Shown here: piece by piece, positions 20,019 to 30,482 of the stretch
Numbering within the stretch: position 1 is the stretch's first letter
How the letters are laid out: the number at the start of each line of letters is the position of its first letter
Assembly (NCBI GenBank): GCA_964236955.1
Contig: CAXSGP010000003.1
Location: forward strand, 24,449 to 88,448
Direction of reading: 5' to 3'
Length of the DNA stretch: 64,000 bases
DNA from: an uncultured Oligoflexus sp.
GTDB lineage: Bacteria > Bdellovibrionota_B > Oligoflexia > Oligoflexales > Oligoflexaceae
Notes under the pieces: generated by a model
Database searches by the model: none
The model's input: only the letters and a program-made list of their open reading frames with translations
What the model was told of the DNA's origin: nothing
Translations under genes and position numbers: made by a program

Positions 20019-21238
20019 TAAAAGATATAAGGACGTCGCTGCTTGAGGAGCGGCAAAACCTCTCGGATTTTTATAATCCCCAGGTGATGATCAATATGGG
20101 GCCTTCGCACCCTTCGATGCACGGCACCCTTCGGGTGATGTGCCGCGTCAACGGCGAAGTCGTCGAGGATGCGACCTGTGAGATCGGTTATCTCCATCGC
20201 GCTATAGAAAAACTCGCAGAACAAAAGACCTATCACCAATGGATAGTCTACACCGATCGCCTGAACTACTGTTCGGCGCTGACTAATAACATCGCTTATG
20301 TGATGGCGGTGGAAGACCTTCTGAAAATAGAAGTGACCGAGCGTTGCCAATGGATCCGTGTGATCTGCATGGAACTGGCGCGCATCATCGATCACCTTAT
20401 CTGTATTGCGATCAATGCCCTGGATATGGGTGCACTCACCTGTTTTTGGTATCTCTATCACTGGCGTGAAGAGGCTTATACCATGATCGAAGCGATGTGC
20501 GGAATGCGTCTGACGACGTCCTACTCCCGTATCGGCGGTATGAGCTATGATCTGCCGGACAATTTCAAATCGATGATGACCAAATTTCTCAAAGGCCTGC
20601 CGAAGTCGATTGACGATGTCGAAAAGCTTTTGAGCGCCAACCGTATTTGGGTCGATCGTACGAAGGACGTCGGCATCCTGACCAAAGCCGAATGTCTCGA
20701 CTTTGGTCTGACCGGGCCTGTGGCCCGCGCCTCGGGCGTTGACTTCGATCTTCGTCGCGATCGTCCTTACTACACCTATCCGGAACTTGATTTTGAAGTC
20801 GTGGTAGGGGTAAACGGCGATGTTTATGATCGTTATCTCGTGCGTATGGAAGAGATTCGACAGAGTGCTCATATTCTCGCCCAGTGCGTGAACAAACTGC
20901 CTGAGGGGCCGCTTTGGGTCGATGATCGCCTGATAAAAATCCCAGCCAAAGCCGATGTTTACAATAACATGGAAACCTTGATTCACCATTTCAAAATATT
21001 CATGGAAGGCATCGATGTTCCAGAGGGCGAGTCCTATAACTGCGTGGAATCGCCGAACGGCGAACTGGGCTTTTATATCGTCAGTCGCGGCGGGCCCAAA
21101 GCCTGGCGGACGAGGGTCAAGCCGCCTTCGCTGCTGCTCTTTCAGAGTTTCGAATATTCGATGAAGGGCGCCAAGATTCCGGATGCTGTATCCATACTCG
21201 GAAGCTTAAATATTATCGCTGGCGAACTCGATCGCTGA
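20015..21238 (+). CDS. nuoD: NADH-quinone oxidoreductase subunit D
   Basis: NMGPSHPSMHG, GYLHR, DRLNY, C-terminal GELDR. Confidence 0.97.
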   Translation: MIKDIRTSLLEERQNLSDFYNPQVMINMGPSHPSMHGTLRVMCRVNGEVVEDATCEIGYLHRAIEKLAEQKTYHQWIVYTDRLNYCSALTNNIAYVMAVEDLLKIEVTERCQWIRVICMELARIIDHLICIAINALDMGALTCFWYLYHWREEAYTMIEAMCGMRLTTSYSRIGGMSYDLPDNFKSMMTKFLKGLPKSIDDVEKLLSANRIWVDRTKDVGILTKAECLDFGLTGPVARASGVDFDLRRDRPYYTYPELDFEVVVGVNGDVYDRYLVRMEEIRQSAHILAQCVNKLPEGPLWVDDRLIKIPAKADVYNNMETLIHHFKIFMEGIDVPEGESYNCVESPNGELGFYIVSRGGPKAWRTRVKPPSLLLFQSFEYSMKGAKIPDAVSILGSLNIIAGELDR

Positions 21239-21253
21239 GAATAGGAGTCCTCC

Positions 21254-21739
21254 GTGATTATCGATCAGGAAATCAGCCTCAAGATGGATGGCCTGCGCGA
21301 ATATCTGCCAACCGAGCAGTCGCTGCTTTTGCCCTTGCTTCATGAGATGCAGGCGAAAGAAGGTTGGATATCAAGTCTCGCGATCAAAGAAGCCGCTGCA
21401 TATCTCAAGCTGCCGGTTGCGCGCGTGCAGGAAGTCGTGAGCTTTTACACGATGTACAATAGAAAGCCGGTCGGCAAAAAACACGTCCAGGTCTGCACCA
21501 ACGTCGCCTGCTTTTTGCGCGGTGCCGACGATTTGGTCGCCGGACTGGAAAAGCGCCTCGGCATCCACTGCGGACAAACCACGGCTGACGGCAAATACAC
21601 TCTTACCGAAGTCGAATGCCTCGCGGCCTGCGGCACGGCTCCTGTTATGCAGGTGAATGATGACTACTATGAAAACCTCGATCATAAGGTTCTGGGGACT
21701 ATCATGGATAAGTTAGATAGTGAGTTGAGTCATGGTTGA
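21254..21739 (+). CDS. nuoE: NADH-quinone oxidoreductase subunit E
   Basis: CTNVAC and ECLAAC..AP 2Fe-2S motifs. Confidence 0.96.
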   Translation: MIIDQEISLKMDGLREYLPTEQSLLLPLLHEMQAKEGWISSLAIKEAAAYLKLPVARVQEVVSFYTMYNRKPVGKKHVQVCTNVACFLRGADDLVAGLEKRLGIHCGQTTADGKYTLTEVECLAACGTAPVMQVNDDYYENLDHKVLGTIMDKLDSELSHG

Positions 21740-23057
21740 AGTATGGTTGACTAAACATAACGAAGTTCCGGACTCGCATAGGATCGATGTCTATCGCTCG
21801 CTGGGTGGCTATCGCTCGCTTGAGAAAGCATTGACGATGGCTCCGGAAAGCGTAGTCGATGAAGTCAAAAAATCCAATCTTCGTGGTCGCGGCGGTGCGG
21901 GCTTTCCCACTGGGATGAAGTGGTCGTTCATGCCCAAGGCGCCGACCTTTGCCGATGGCCGTCCCAAACCCAAATATCTGGTTTGCAATGCCGATGAGGG
22001 CGAGCCCGGAACCTTTAAGGACCGTCTGCTGATGACCCGGCACCCTCATATGCTCATCGAGGGTATGATCGTCGCTGCGTATGCGATCGGCGCTTCCCTG
22101 GGCTTTATTTATATTCGCGGCGAGTTCGTCTTCGAAGCCAAGCGCGTCGAGGCTGCCATTAAAGAGGCCCGAGGCATGGGTCTTCTCGGCAAAAACGTCA
22201 ACGGCACCGGATGGGCTTTTGATCTCGTTGTTTATCGCGGCGCGGGAGCTTATATCTGCGGAGAAGAGACCGCTTTGCTCAACAGCCTCGAAGGCAAACG
22301 CGGTGAGCCAAGGCTTAAGCCGCCCTTCCCGGCGATGGTCGGTGCCTTTGGAATGCCAACCTGTGTAAACAACGTTGAAACATTCTGCGCTGTCCCCTTC
22401 ATCATCAATGATGGAGCCGCGAAATTTGCTGCGGTTGGCACGGAGCGATCAGGCGGCACCAGGCTCTTCTGCGTCTCGGGTCAAATCGAGAAACCAGGCA
22501 TATACGAGCTGCCGATCAACATGAATTTGCGCGCCCTTATCGACCTCTGTGGAGGTGTCCTCGGCGGCAAAAAACTCAAAGCCGTTATTCCGGGCGGAGC
22601 CTCGGCACCGATGCTGAGTGCCGATGAGATCGATGTCGCTATGGACTTCGATAGCCTTGCAAAGGCAGGCACCATGGCTGGATCGGGTGGGGTGATCGTC
22701 ATTTCCGAAGAAAGCTGCATCGTCGAAGTCGCAGCGCGTTTGCTCAAGTTTTATGAGCATGAATCATGTGGTCAATGCAGTCAGTGCCGTGAAGGCAGTC
22801 ACTGGTTGGCCCGAATGTTCCATCGCATAGAGATCGGTCAGGGAACCGATGAGGATCTCGATGCAATCGCCGGCATCTGTTCTAACATGGCCGGGCAGAC
22901 CATCTGTGCTTTCTCAGATGCGGTCACCGGTCCGGCGCTATCCTCGGTTCGGAAATTTCGTCACGAGTTTGAGGAGCATGTGCGGCTGAAGCGGTGCCCA
23001 TGCAAGCCCGAGAATCATAGGATTAAACAAGATCATCACGCCAGCGCCATGCTTTGA
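21732..23057 (+). CDS. nuoF: NADH-quinone oxidoreductase subunit F
   Basis: LRGRGGAGF, NADEGEPGTFKD, YICGEETAL, ESCGQC..CREG. Confidence 0.97.
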   Translation: MVEVWLTKHNEVPDSHRIDVYRSLGGYRSLEKALTMAPESVVDEVKKSNLRGRGGAGFPTGMKWSFMPKAPTFADGRPKPKYLVCNADEGEPGTFKDRLLMTRHPHMLIEGMIVAAYAIGASLGFIYIRGEFVFEAKRVEAAIKEARGMGLLGKNVNGTGWAFDLVVYRGAGAYICGEETALLNSLEGKRGEPRLKPPFPAMVGAFGMPTCVNNVETFCAVPFIINDGAAKFAAVGTERSGGTRLFCVSGQIEKPGIYELPINMNLRALIDLCGGVLGGKKLKAVIPGGASAPMLSADEIDVAMDFDSLAKAGTMAGSGGVIVISEESCIVEVAARLLKFYEHESCGQCSQCREGSHWLARMFHRIEIGQGTDEDLDAIAGICSNMAGQTICAFSDAVTGPALSSVRKFRHEFEEHVRLKRCPCKPENHRIKQDHHASAML

Positions 23058-23070
23058 GGGGAGTTGAAAG

Positions 23071-24567
23071 ATGACAAGCAGCGAAACGCTCACAAAGCCT
23101 AAGATCACGATCGACGGGCAAGCGCTCGAATTCGAACCCGGTGATACCATCATGCGGGCTGCCGAACGGGGTCGAGTCGATGCGTCCATTCCGCGCTTCT
23201 GTTACCATCCGGGACTTCCCGTCGCGGGTACTTGCCGTATGTGCACGGTCGAAGTTGAAAAAGCTCCGAAACTTATGACGGCCTGCTCCACTCCGGCAGC
23301 GGATGGAATGGTAGTGCACACCCAAAGCGAACGTGTTCGTAAAAGCCGCTCGGGTGTGATGGAATTTTTGCTTGCCAACCATCCCCTTGATTGTCCGGTT
23401 TGCGATCAGGCGGGTGAGTGCTCACTGCAAGATTATAATTATGAATATGGCCCGTCCAAGAGCCATTTTAAAGAAGATAAGCGCGTTTGGAAAGAGGCGA
23501 CGACCAAGCTGCTTTCCGACAAACTCACGCTCAATATGAACCGCTGTGTTCACTGCGAACGTTGCGTCCGCTTTACCGAAGATGTTACGAAGACGAGTGA
23601 ACTCCTCATGGATAACAGAGCCTGGCGTAAGGAGCTAACCACAGCTCTGGACGAGGGCCTATTCAACGAGTACCAGGGCAATGTCGCCGACATCTGTCCG
23701 GTCGGAGCGATCACCTTCAATGATTTCCGTTTTGAAAAGCGGGTCTGGTTCTTGAAGGAAAAAGCAGGCATTTGTGATGGTTGCGCCAAAGGCTGCTCGA
23801 TCTACGCTGACGAGGAAAAGAGCAAAATCTATCGTTATCGCGCCCGTTTCAATAAGCAGGTCAACGATCATTGGATCTGTGACGAAGGGCGCGTGTCCTT
23901 TCACCGCTATCAAAATCCTGAACGGGTGATACAGCCACTGCTCACCGCCGGCGGCTCGCTCGTCGCCACGACCTGGGAGACGGCTGTACCCTGGTTTTTA
24001 AATGAATTGAAAAAAGCTCGTCGGGTCCTCCTTTTGATAGGCACCGATGCCAGCAGTGAAGAGGTTGCCACGCTTGCCCAGATACTACCGGGCTTCAGTT
24101 CTGCCGATATCATCGTGCGATCCTGGAACGGCACCGGAGGAGGCGTTCAGTCGTCAGCCGATGATGCGCCCCTCGACCATCTCCTTCGTCGTCGCGACCA
24201 CACCGCGAACACGCGCGGAGTCGAAGGTCTGGGCATCAAAACCTGGAATCAGGCCACCGATCAGAACTTCGATCTGGCAATCTATTTCCGCTCGGGTCGG
24301 GCGGCTTTGCCGCCGCAGATGGCCCCGAAGGAGATTGCCTGGGGGGTCTTCGATTTGCCTGAGGTGGCGCGCTTCGCTGCGGTTCTTCCTGGTTTAAGCA
24401 CCTTGGAAAAATACGGTACTTATACGAATTGTGATCAGATTACGCAAAGTTTTGAAACTTTAGTCAAAGGTCCGGGGACTGCGGCTTCCGTCCGCAAGGT
24501 TCTCGACGGCATGAAGTTGAAATCTACTGCTTTCGTGGCGCGTGAGGTCGTTCGTGACACTATTTGA
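23071..24567 (+). CDS. nuoG: NADH-quinone oxidoreductase subunit G (short, 498 aa)
   Basis: CYH...[35 protein letters not shown]. Confidence 0.93.
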   Translation: MTSSETLTKPKITIDGQALEFEPGDTIMRAAERGRVDASIPRFCYHPGLPVAGTCRMCTVEVEKAPKLMTACSTPAADGMVVHTQSERVRKSRSGVMEFLLANHPLDCPVCDQAGECSLQDYNYEYGPSKSHFKEDKRVWKEATTKLLSDKLTLNMNRCVHCERCVRFTEDVTKTSELLMDNRAWRKELTTALDEGLFNEYQGNVADICPVGAITFNDFRFEKRVWFLKEKAGICDGCAKGCSIYADEEKSKIYRYRARFNKQVNDHWICDEGRVSFHRYQNPERVIQPLLTAGGSLVATTWETAVPWFLNELKKARRVLLLIGTDASSEEVATLAQILPGFSSADIIVRSWNGTGGGVQSSADDAPLDHLLRRRDHTANTRGVEGLGIKTWNQATDQNFDLAIYFRSGRAALPPQMAPKEIAWGVFDLPEVARFAAVLPGLSTLEKYGTYTNCDQITQSFETLVKGPGTAASVRKVLDGMKLKSTAFVAREVVRDTI

Positions 24568-25633
24568 CTCGATCGCGCTGCTGGTAAAAATTATTGCAGT
24601 TGTTGGTGTGGTTTTTTCGGTCGTTCCTATCATGGTTTGGTTTGAACGTCGGGGAGCTGCCTGGATGCAGGCCCGGGTCGGACCGAACCGCGTGGGAATC
24701 TTTGGTTTGATGCAGCCCGTTGCCGATGTGATCAAACTTCTTTCCAAAGAAAGTTTCATCCCTGCTGAGGCCTCGAAGTTTTATTACGCTCTCGCTCCTA
24801 TTATTTCGGCGATTGCGCCCGTGGCAGCGTTGGCGGCGATCCCATTCGGTTCCTTTTTTATGATAGGCGAACATAGGGTCGACCTTCAGATCGCTCAGCT
24901 CGATATGGGTATACTCGCGGTTCTCGCGTTTGCGGGTCTGGAAGTCTATCCCATCATGCTGGCCGGTTGGGCTTCGAACAATAAGTATTCGATGCTGGGC
25001 GCGCTCCGCGGCAGTAGCCAGATGGTGAGTTACGAAATCGCCTTGGGACTTGCGCTGGTGTCCATGCTGCTGATTTATGGAACCCTGGATCTCAATGCTA
25101 TGGTAGCCTATCAGGATCACCCCTGGTTTGGATTTCTGCCACGATGGGGCGTGTTTTTGAATCCCCTTGCCTGTCTGATCTTTCTTATTTCCATCTTTGC
25201 TGAAACCAATCGCCTGCCTTTTGACTTGCCGGAAGGGGAGTCTGAACTCGTGGCAGGTTATCACCTTGAATACGGCGCAAGCCGTTTTGCGACGTTTTTC
25301 TTCGCGGAATATGTGGCGATGATCATGGCGTCGTCGCTCTTCGTGACTATTTTCTTTGGCGGCTACACCGTCCTACCCGGCATGGGCCTGATTGTCTCCT
25401 GGTTTCAGTCCAGCCTGGGGCCGGACGCTTACCAGAACGTCACCGCCCTGGCACAGATCGCCAGCTTTGTCTTTAAGGTTGGCTGTATGATGTTCTTCTT
25501 TGTCTGGGTACGATGGACTATGCCGCGTTTCCGTTATGATCAGCTGATGCACCTGGGCTGGAAGATTCTGTTTCCCATAGCCCTTGTCAATCTCCTGTTC
25601 GTAGCCCTCATAATCGCTTGGATAGGGGTATGA
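24554..25633 (+). CDS. nuoH: NADH-quinone oxidoreductase subunit H
   Basis: ER...[32 protein letters not shown] 24554 follows GAGG. Confidence 0.96.
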   Translation: MTLFDSIALLVKIIAVVGVVFSVVPIMVWFERRGAAWMQARVGPNRVGIFGLMQPVADVIKLLSKESFIPAEASKFYYALAPIISAIAPVAALAAIPFGSFFMIGEHRVDLQIAQLDMGILAVLAFAGLEVYPIMLAGWASNNKYSMLGALRGSSQMVSYEIALGLALVSMLLIYGTLDLNAMVAYQDHPWFGFLPRWGVFLNPLACLIFLISIFAETNRLPFDLPEGESELVAGYHLEYGASRFATFFFAEYVAMIMASSLFVTIFFGGYTVLPGMGLIVSWFQSSLGPDAYQNVTALAQIASFVFKVGCMMFFFVWVRWTMPRFRYDQLMHLGWKILFPIALVNLLFVALIIAWIGV

Positions 25634-25637
25634 TCTC

Positions 25638-26135
25638 ATGACCAAAGTCGTTACCTATAAAGAGGGTGTCCTCGATAAATTTTATATTCCGGCATTGTTG
25701 GTAGGACTGAAGGTAACCCTGAAGCAGTTCTATAAGACACTGTTTCTTGGCCAATCGACGACTATCAACTATCCCGAAGAAAAGCGCGAGTACTCGCAGC
25801 GTTTTCGCGGGGAGCATTTTATCTCCGTCGACCCGACCAAGACAGAGAACTGTACAGCATGTTATCTCTGTGAAACTGTCTGCCCTGCCGATTGCATCAC
25901 AATCGTCGCCGGGGAGCGGCCGGCCGATGAAAATCCGTTTGGGGTCAAAAAAGAAAAACGGCCCGTGAGCTTTGATATCGATGCCTTGCGCTGCTGCTTC
26001 TGCGGCTTCTGCGAAGAAGCCTGTCCGAAGGATGCCATCAAACTCTCGCGCAATTACGAGTTGGCGACACTTAACCGCGAGACCGCCGTGTATGATCTCG
26101 ACCATCTCAAACGTGAGGTAAAGGGCCGTGGTTGA
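25638..26135 (+). CDS. nuoI: NADH-quinone oxidoreductase subunit I
   Basis: Two CxxCxxCxxxCP motifs. Confidence 0.96.
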   Translation: MTKVVTYKEGVLDKFYIPALLVGLKVTLKQFYKTLFLGQSTTINYPEEKREYSQRFRGEHFISVDPTKTENCTACYLCETVCPADCITIVAGERPADENPFGVKKEKRPVSFDIDALRCCFCGFCEEACPKDAIKLSRNYELATLNRETAVYDLDHLKREVKGRG

Positions 26136-26652
26136 ACCCGTAGTACTTATCCTGGCGCTGGTCGTCGCGGTTCTGGCCGCACTTACGGTATTCTCTCGCA
26201 GCCCTATCAGCAGTGCCTTTTCCCTGGTGATCATGATGGTTGCCCTCGCTGGCCTATACGGCGTGAGCGGAGCGCATTTCATCGCTGCATTGCAGGCGAT
26301 CGTTTACGCCGGGGCGATCATGGTGCTCTTTGTCTTTTCCATTATGCTGCTCAATATGAACGACGAGCATAATGAGATCCACTTCGGGGCTTGGAAAACT
26401 CTCCTGGCCTGCCTTTTTTCGGCTCTGATTCTCGGGACCCTGACTTATGTCTTCATCGAATGGCAATCGGAAACCCGTCCTCCAACGCCAGGTATGATGA
26501 CGCTTGAACAGATACGGGCGGTAGGCGGTAACGTCGTCGCCGTGTCGGGCAGCCTCTTCTCTCAGGCCTATATTCAGTTTGAATTTATCTCTCTGCTTCT
26601 ACTCGTGGCTATTTCCAGCGCTTTGGTGCTGGCGAAGAGAAAGGTGGATTGA
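26128..26652 (+). CDS. nuoJ: NADH-quinone oxidoreductase subunit J
   Basis: Q.IVYAGAIMVLF; operon position. Confidence 0.95.
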   Translation: MVEPVVLILALVVAVLAALTVFSRSPISSAFSLVIMMVALAGLYGVSGAHFIAALQAIVYAGAIMVLFVFSIMLLNMNDEHNEIHFGAWKTLLACLFSALILGTLTYVFIEWQSETRPPTPGMMTLEQIRAVGGNVVAVSGSLFSQAYIQFEFISLLLLVAISSALVLAKRKVD

Positions 26653-26656
26653 GCCC

Positions 26657-26959
26657 ATGACTACAGGAACTTTGCTCCATATACTTTCCGCATACCTGTT
26701 TGCAATGGGGCTTTTGGCTCTGATGCTCAGGCGCAATACGATCGTCATGCTGATGGGCATCGAGTTGATGCTCAATGCCGTGAACCTTTCGTTCGTGACA
26801 TTCGCCCGCGAGCTCGCGCAGCTTAACGGTCAGGTTCAGGTCTTCTTTATCATCACGATAGCCGCTGCGGAATCTGCTGTGGGCCTCTCGATACTCATCA
26901 ATGTGTATCGAAGCTTTGGCAGTATCAAGACGGATCGTACCACGGTCCTGAGGAGTTGA
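26657..26959 (+). CDS. nuoK: NADH-quinone oxidoreductase subunit K
   Basis: IELMLNAVN, AAAESAVGL; ATG 26657. Confidence 0.95.
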   Translation: MTTGTLLHILSAYLFAMGLLALMLRRNTIVMLMGIELMLNAVNLSFVTFARELAQLNGQVQVFFIITIAAAESAVGLSILINVYRSFGSIKTDRTTVLRS

Positions 26960-26962
26960 CGG

Positions 26963-28891
26963 ATGAATAATACTGCTGTTTCAGATTTACCCTTTTGGAT
27001 CCTGATCGTGCCCCTCATCGGGTTCTTTTTAAATGCTGTGGCTATTCCGCTTCTCTCGGGCGGTATCACCCGAACCAAACCGATAATTTCCGGCGGCATT
27101 GCGACCTTGGCCATGGCCGTCAGTTTCCTCCTGGCGGTTCGTGCTTTCGTTTCCCTAAGTGGCGAGCCTAGCGCGCTGCAGTATACGGGCTTTCGCTGGA
27201 TAGATTTTGGGAATCTGTCCGTCACTCTCAATCTGCGCATCGATCGCCTGAGTTCGCTGATGACCCTGATCATTACGGGCATAGGTTCGCTCATTCACTT
27301 TTATAGTATTTCCTACATGTCAGGTGAAAAGGGCGTGGCCCGCTTTTTCGCTTATCTGAATCTCTTCTGCTTTGCGATGCTACTCCTCGTTCTAAGCGAT
27401 AACCTTCTGTTCCTCTTCTTCGGATGGGAAGGCGTGGGACTCTGCTCATATCTCCTCATCAGCTATTGGTACGAGGAAGAAGCCAATGCTGATGCCGCAC
27501 GCAAAGCCTTTCTCGTCAATCGTATTGGTGACCTTGGATTTGTCCTTGGGATGTGTTTGCTCTACGTTCAACTCGGAACCTTAACCATCGCCGAGATGAT
27601 GGTGAGAATTTCGCCGACCACTTCAATCGGGGTCCTCGGGCTCGCTGCGGTACTCCTCTTTTTTGCCGCAACTGGTAAATCTGCCCAATTTCCTCTCTAC
27701 GTTTGGTTACCCGATGCGATGGCTGGACCGACTCCGGTTTCGGCCCTGATTCATGCCGCAACCATGGTGACCGCGGGGATCTATCTGTTTGCGCGTATGG
27801 CTTTTCTCTTTGAGTTGACTCCTGAACTGATGACTGTCGTTGGCTATACCGGTGCGCTCACAGCGCTTTTGGGTGGGATCCTGGCCCTGGCCCAAACCGA
27901 TATCAAAAAGGTTTTGGCTTACTCGACGGTTTCGCAATTGGGGTTCATGTTTCTGGCGCTTGGAGTGGGTGCTTATCAGACCGCGATTTTTCACTTGATG
28001 ACCCACGCATTCTTTAAGGCTTTACTCTTTCTTGGAGCCGGGTCGGTGATAAATAGCTGTGAAGGGGAACAGGACATGCGTAAGATGGGGGGACTCGCCA
28101 AGTCGATGCCCATCACCCATATCACCATGCTTTTGGGTAGCGCCGCTATCGTCGGTTTGCCAATCTTTAGCGGCTTTTTCAGTAAGGACGAAATTCTTTA
28201 CATGGCCCTCGGCGCAGCTCGCGGCAATTGGATTCTCTTTGGAGCGGGACTTTTCGCGGCGTTCCTCACCGGCGTATATACGATACGAATGCTGACGCAA
28301 ACATTTTGGGGCAAAGCCAAAACGGGTTTGCACGGTCACGAATCGTCTTGGGTCATGACCGTGCCGCTCATCGTGCTTGCCGTCCTGGCAAGTTTGGGTG
28401 GATTGCTGGGTATTCCTCATGAAATCGGTCATTGGTTCGGCATCGAACATTCCCATCTGCTCAGTGAATGGCTGAACCCCGTGGTCCAGCAAATCGAAGT
28501 CACTGACAGCGCTCCTCTCCCCGAGATTTTGGTTTCAGGTATTGCCGTCGCAGTAGCGATATTAGGCCTCATCGCGGGTCGAACCTTTCTCAAAGATATT
28601 TCTTTTGATTCTTCACCGGTTCTCAAACGCCTGTTCGTCGGTCAGCATTTTATGGATACCTTCTATGCCTCATGGGTAGTCGCTCCTTTGTTTTGGATCA
28701 GTCGTCGGGTGATTCAAACCTTCGAGACAAATGTTATGGATAATATCGGCGGTTGGATCGGGGTTGGGTCCATTTGGTCAGGGGAGCGTCTGCGTCTCAC
28801 TCAGAGTGGAGATATTCAGCTCTCGATGCTTTCGATTGTCGCCGGTTTGGCTTTTGTTGTTGGAATTCTAATCGTCTGGGTTGCCGTATGA
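26963..28891 (+). CDS. nuoL: NADH-quinone oxidoreductase subunit L
   Basis: GWEGVGLCSY, WLPDAMAGPTPVSALIHAATMV, HAFFKALLF. Confidence 0.97.
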   Translation: MNNTAVSDLPFWILIVPLIGFFLNAVAIPLLSGGITRTKPIISGGIATLAMAVSFLLAVRAFVSLSGEPSALQYTGFRWIDFGNLSVTLNLRIDRLSSLMTLIITGIGSLIHFYSISYMSGEKGVARFFAYLNLFCFAMLLLVLSDNLLFLFFGWEGVGLCSYLLISYWYEEEANADAARKAFLVNRIGDLGFVLGMCLLYVQLGTLTIAEMMVRISPTTSIGVLGLAAVLLFFAATGKSAQFPLYVWLPDAMAGPTPVSALIHAATMVTAGIYLFARMAFLFELTPELMTVVGYTGALTALLGGILALAQTDIKKVLAYSTVSQLGFMFLALGVGAYQTAIFHLMTHAFFKALLFLGAGSVINSCEGEQDMRKMGGLAKSMPITHITMLLGSAAIVGLPIFSGFFSKDEILYMALGAARGNWILFGAGLFAAFLTGVYTIRMLTQTFWGKAKTGLHGHESSWVMTVPLIVLAVLASLGGLLGIPHEIGHWFGIEHSHLLSEWLNPVVQQIEVTDSAPLPEILVSGIAVAVAILGLIAGRTFLKDISFDSSPVLKRLFVGQHFMDTFYASWVVAPLFWISRRVIQTFETNVMDNIGGWIGVGSIWSGERLRLTQSGDIQLSMLSIVAGLAFVVGILIVWVAV

Positions 28892-30456
28892 GTCAGATAC
28901 TTTCGTGGATAGTCCTGCTTCCCGCAGTAACGGGTCTGTTGATCCTCCTCCTGCCAAAGAGTTGGGAGCAGCGTTCCCGGCAGCTTGCCCTCCTCGGTTC
29001 GGTCGTGGTGGCCGGCCTTACGATCTGGGTCTCGCAACACTTTGATGCAAAAAGTTTGGATCCTTTTCAGTTTCACCTCAAGCACGAATGGCTGCCGATG
29101 CTGGGTATCTCCTATGAACTTGGTGTTGATGGGATGAACCTGCCACTGATCATGCTCACCGTTTTGCTCACGCCGCTCGCATTTATCGGCACCTGGTCGC
29201 AGACCTCGGGCAGCGCAGCGATGCAAAAGCGCATGAGCGCTTTGGTCCTCATCATGGAAACTGGGGCGCTTGGAACTTTTCTTGCGCAGGATTTGTTTCT
29301 CTTTTACATCTTCTGGGAAGTCATCCTGATCCCGGCGTACCTGCTCATCGGCATGTACGGCGGCCCCGATCGCATGAAGGCAACGCTGCAATTTTTCCTC
29401 TACACTTTTGCCGGCTCCATTCTGATGCTGATCGGTATCGCCTGGCTGGTGCATATGCAGGCGCAAGTCACGGGTCATGCCAGTGCCTCGATCCAAGCCC
29501 TGATGAATTTGCATGTGCCCTTTAACGCCAAGGACGGTCCGCTTGGACTCTTTTCATCGCAAGGCATGCTTTTTGCGGCGTTCGCTGCGGCTTTTTTCAT
29601 CAAGGCACCGCTGGTCCCCTTCCATGCGTGGCTAGCGACGACCTATAGACAAGCTCCGACTTTGGTCTCGGTTTATCTAGCTGCTATCCTGTCAAAGATG
29701 GGTACCTACGGAATTTTAAAGATATTGATTCCGATGTTTCCTGCCGCCGCCCATAGTTTCTCGCTGGTCCTGATGAGCCTTGCCGCCTTCGGTATTGTTT
29801 ATGGGGCGCTGCTGGCTATCGTTCAAAAAGACTTTAAAACCGCTATCGCCTATTCCTCACTTTCGCACGTGAGTTATATCCTGCTCGGTATCTTTTCGCT
29901 CAAGGCGGAGGGGATGGGTGGGGCTCTCCTGCAAATGGTCAACCATGGTGTTGCGATTGCCGGGCTGCTGCTTATCGCTGGATTTCTTGAAAAACGCCGT
30001 CATTCAATGAATCTCAAGGATTTTGGCGGTTGGGCCATTCAGACTCCGGTCCTCGCCACGGGTTTTATGTTTGTCGTCCTGTCGACCGTTGCCCTCCCGG
30101 GCAGCGGAGGATTTGTCGGCGAATTTGCAATTTTGGTCGCGAGTTTCAGGGTCAACGGTTATGTCACCGCGGTCGCGGCTACGGGCATGGTCCTCGGCGC
30201 GGTGTATATGTTGAATCTCTATCAGAAAACTATGTTTGGTCCTATTGTCGATGACTACGTGAAGAAGGTTGCGGATCTCGATTTCCGTGAGATTTTTGTA
30301 TTGGTTGTCCTGGGAATATTCATAGTCGGCATAGGGATGGCACCGCAGCCGTTCCTGGCTCCTTCGCGATCAGCGATCGAAGAAAGCGCCAAACGTTTGT
30401 CGCCGGATGAAGAGTTGCCTGTCAGGCCACCCGTACCTGGTCAAGTTTCAAGATAA
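28888..30456 (+). CDS. nuoM: NADH-quinone oxidoreductase subunit M
   Basis: FWE..LIP, K.P.VPFH.WL, KMG.YG, F.GEF; ATGA overlap with nuoL stop. Confidence 0.96.
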   Translation: MSQILSWIVLLPAVTGLLILLLPKSWEQRSRQLALLGSVVVAGLTIWVSQHFDAKSLDPFQFHLKHEWLPMLGISYELGVDGMNLPLIMLTVLLTPLAFIGTWSQTSGSAAMQKRMSALVLIMETGALGTFLAQDLFLFYIFWEVILIPAYLLIGMYGGPDRMKATLQFFLYTFAGSILMLIGIAWLVHMQAQVTGHASASIQALMNLHVPFNAKDGPLGLFSSQGMLFAAFAAAFFIKAPLVPFHAWLATTYRQAPTLVSVYLAAILSKMGTYGILKILIPMFPAAAHSFSLVLMSLAAFGIVYGALLAIVQKDFKTAIAYSSLSHVSYILLGIFSLKAEGMGGALLQMVNHGVAIAGLLLIAGFLEKRRHSMNLKDFGGWAIQTPVLATGFMFVVLSTVALPGSGGFVGEFAILVASFRVNGYVTAVAATGMVLGAVYMLNLYQKTMFGPIVDDYVKKVADLDFREIFVLVVLGIFIVGIGMAPQPFLAPSRSAIEESAKRLSPDEELPVRPPVPGQVSR

Positions 30457-30482
30457 TAAGAGACCCGTTGTTAGAGAGGGGA

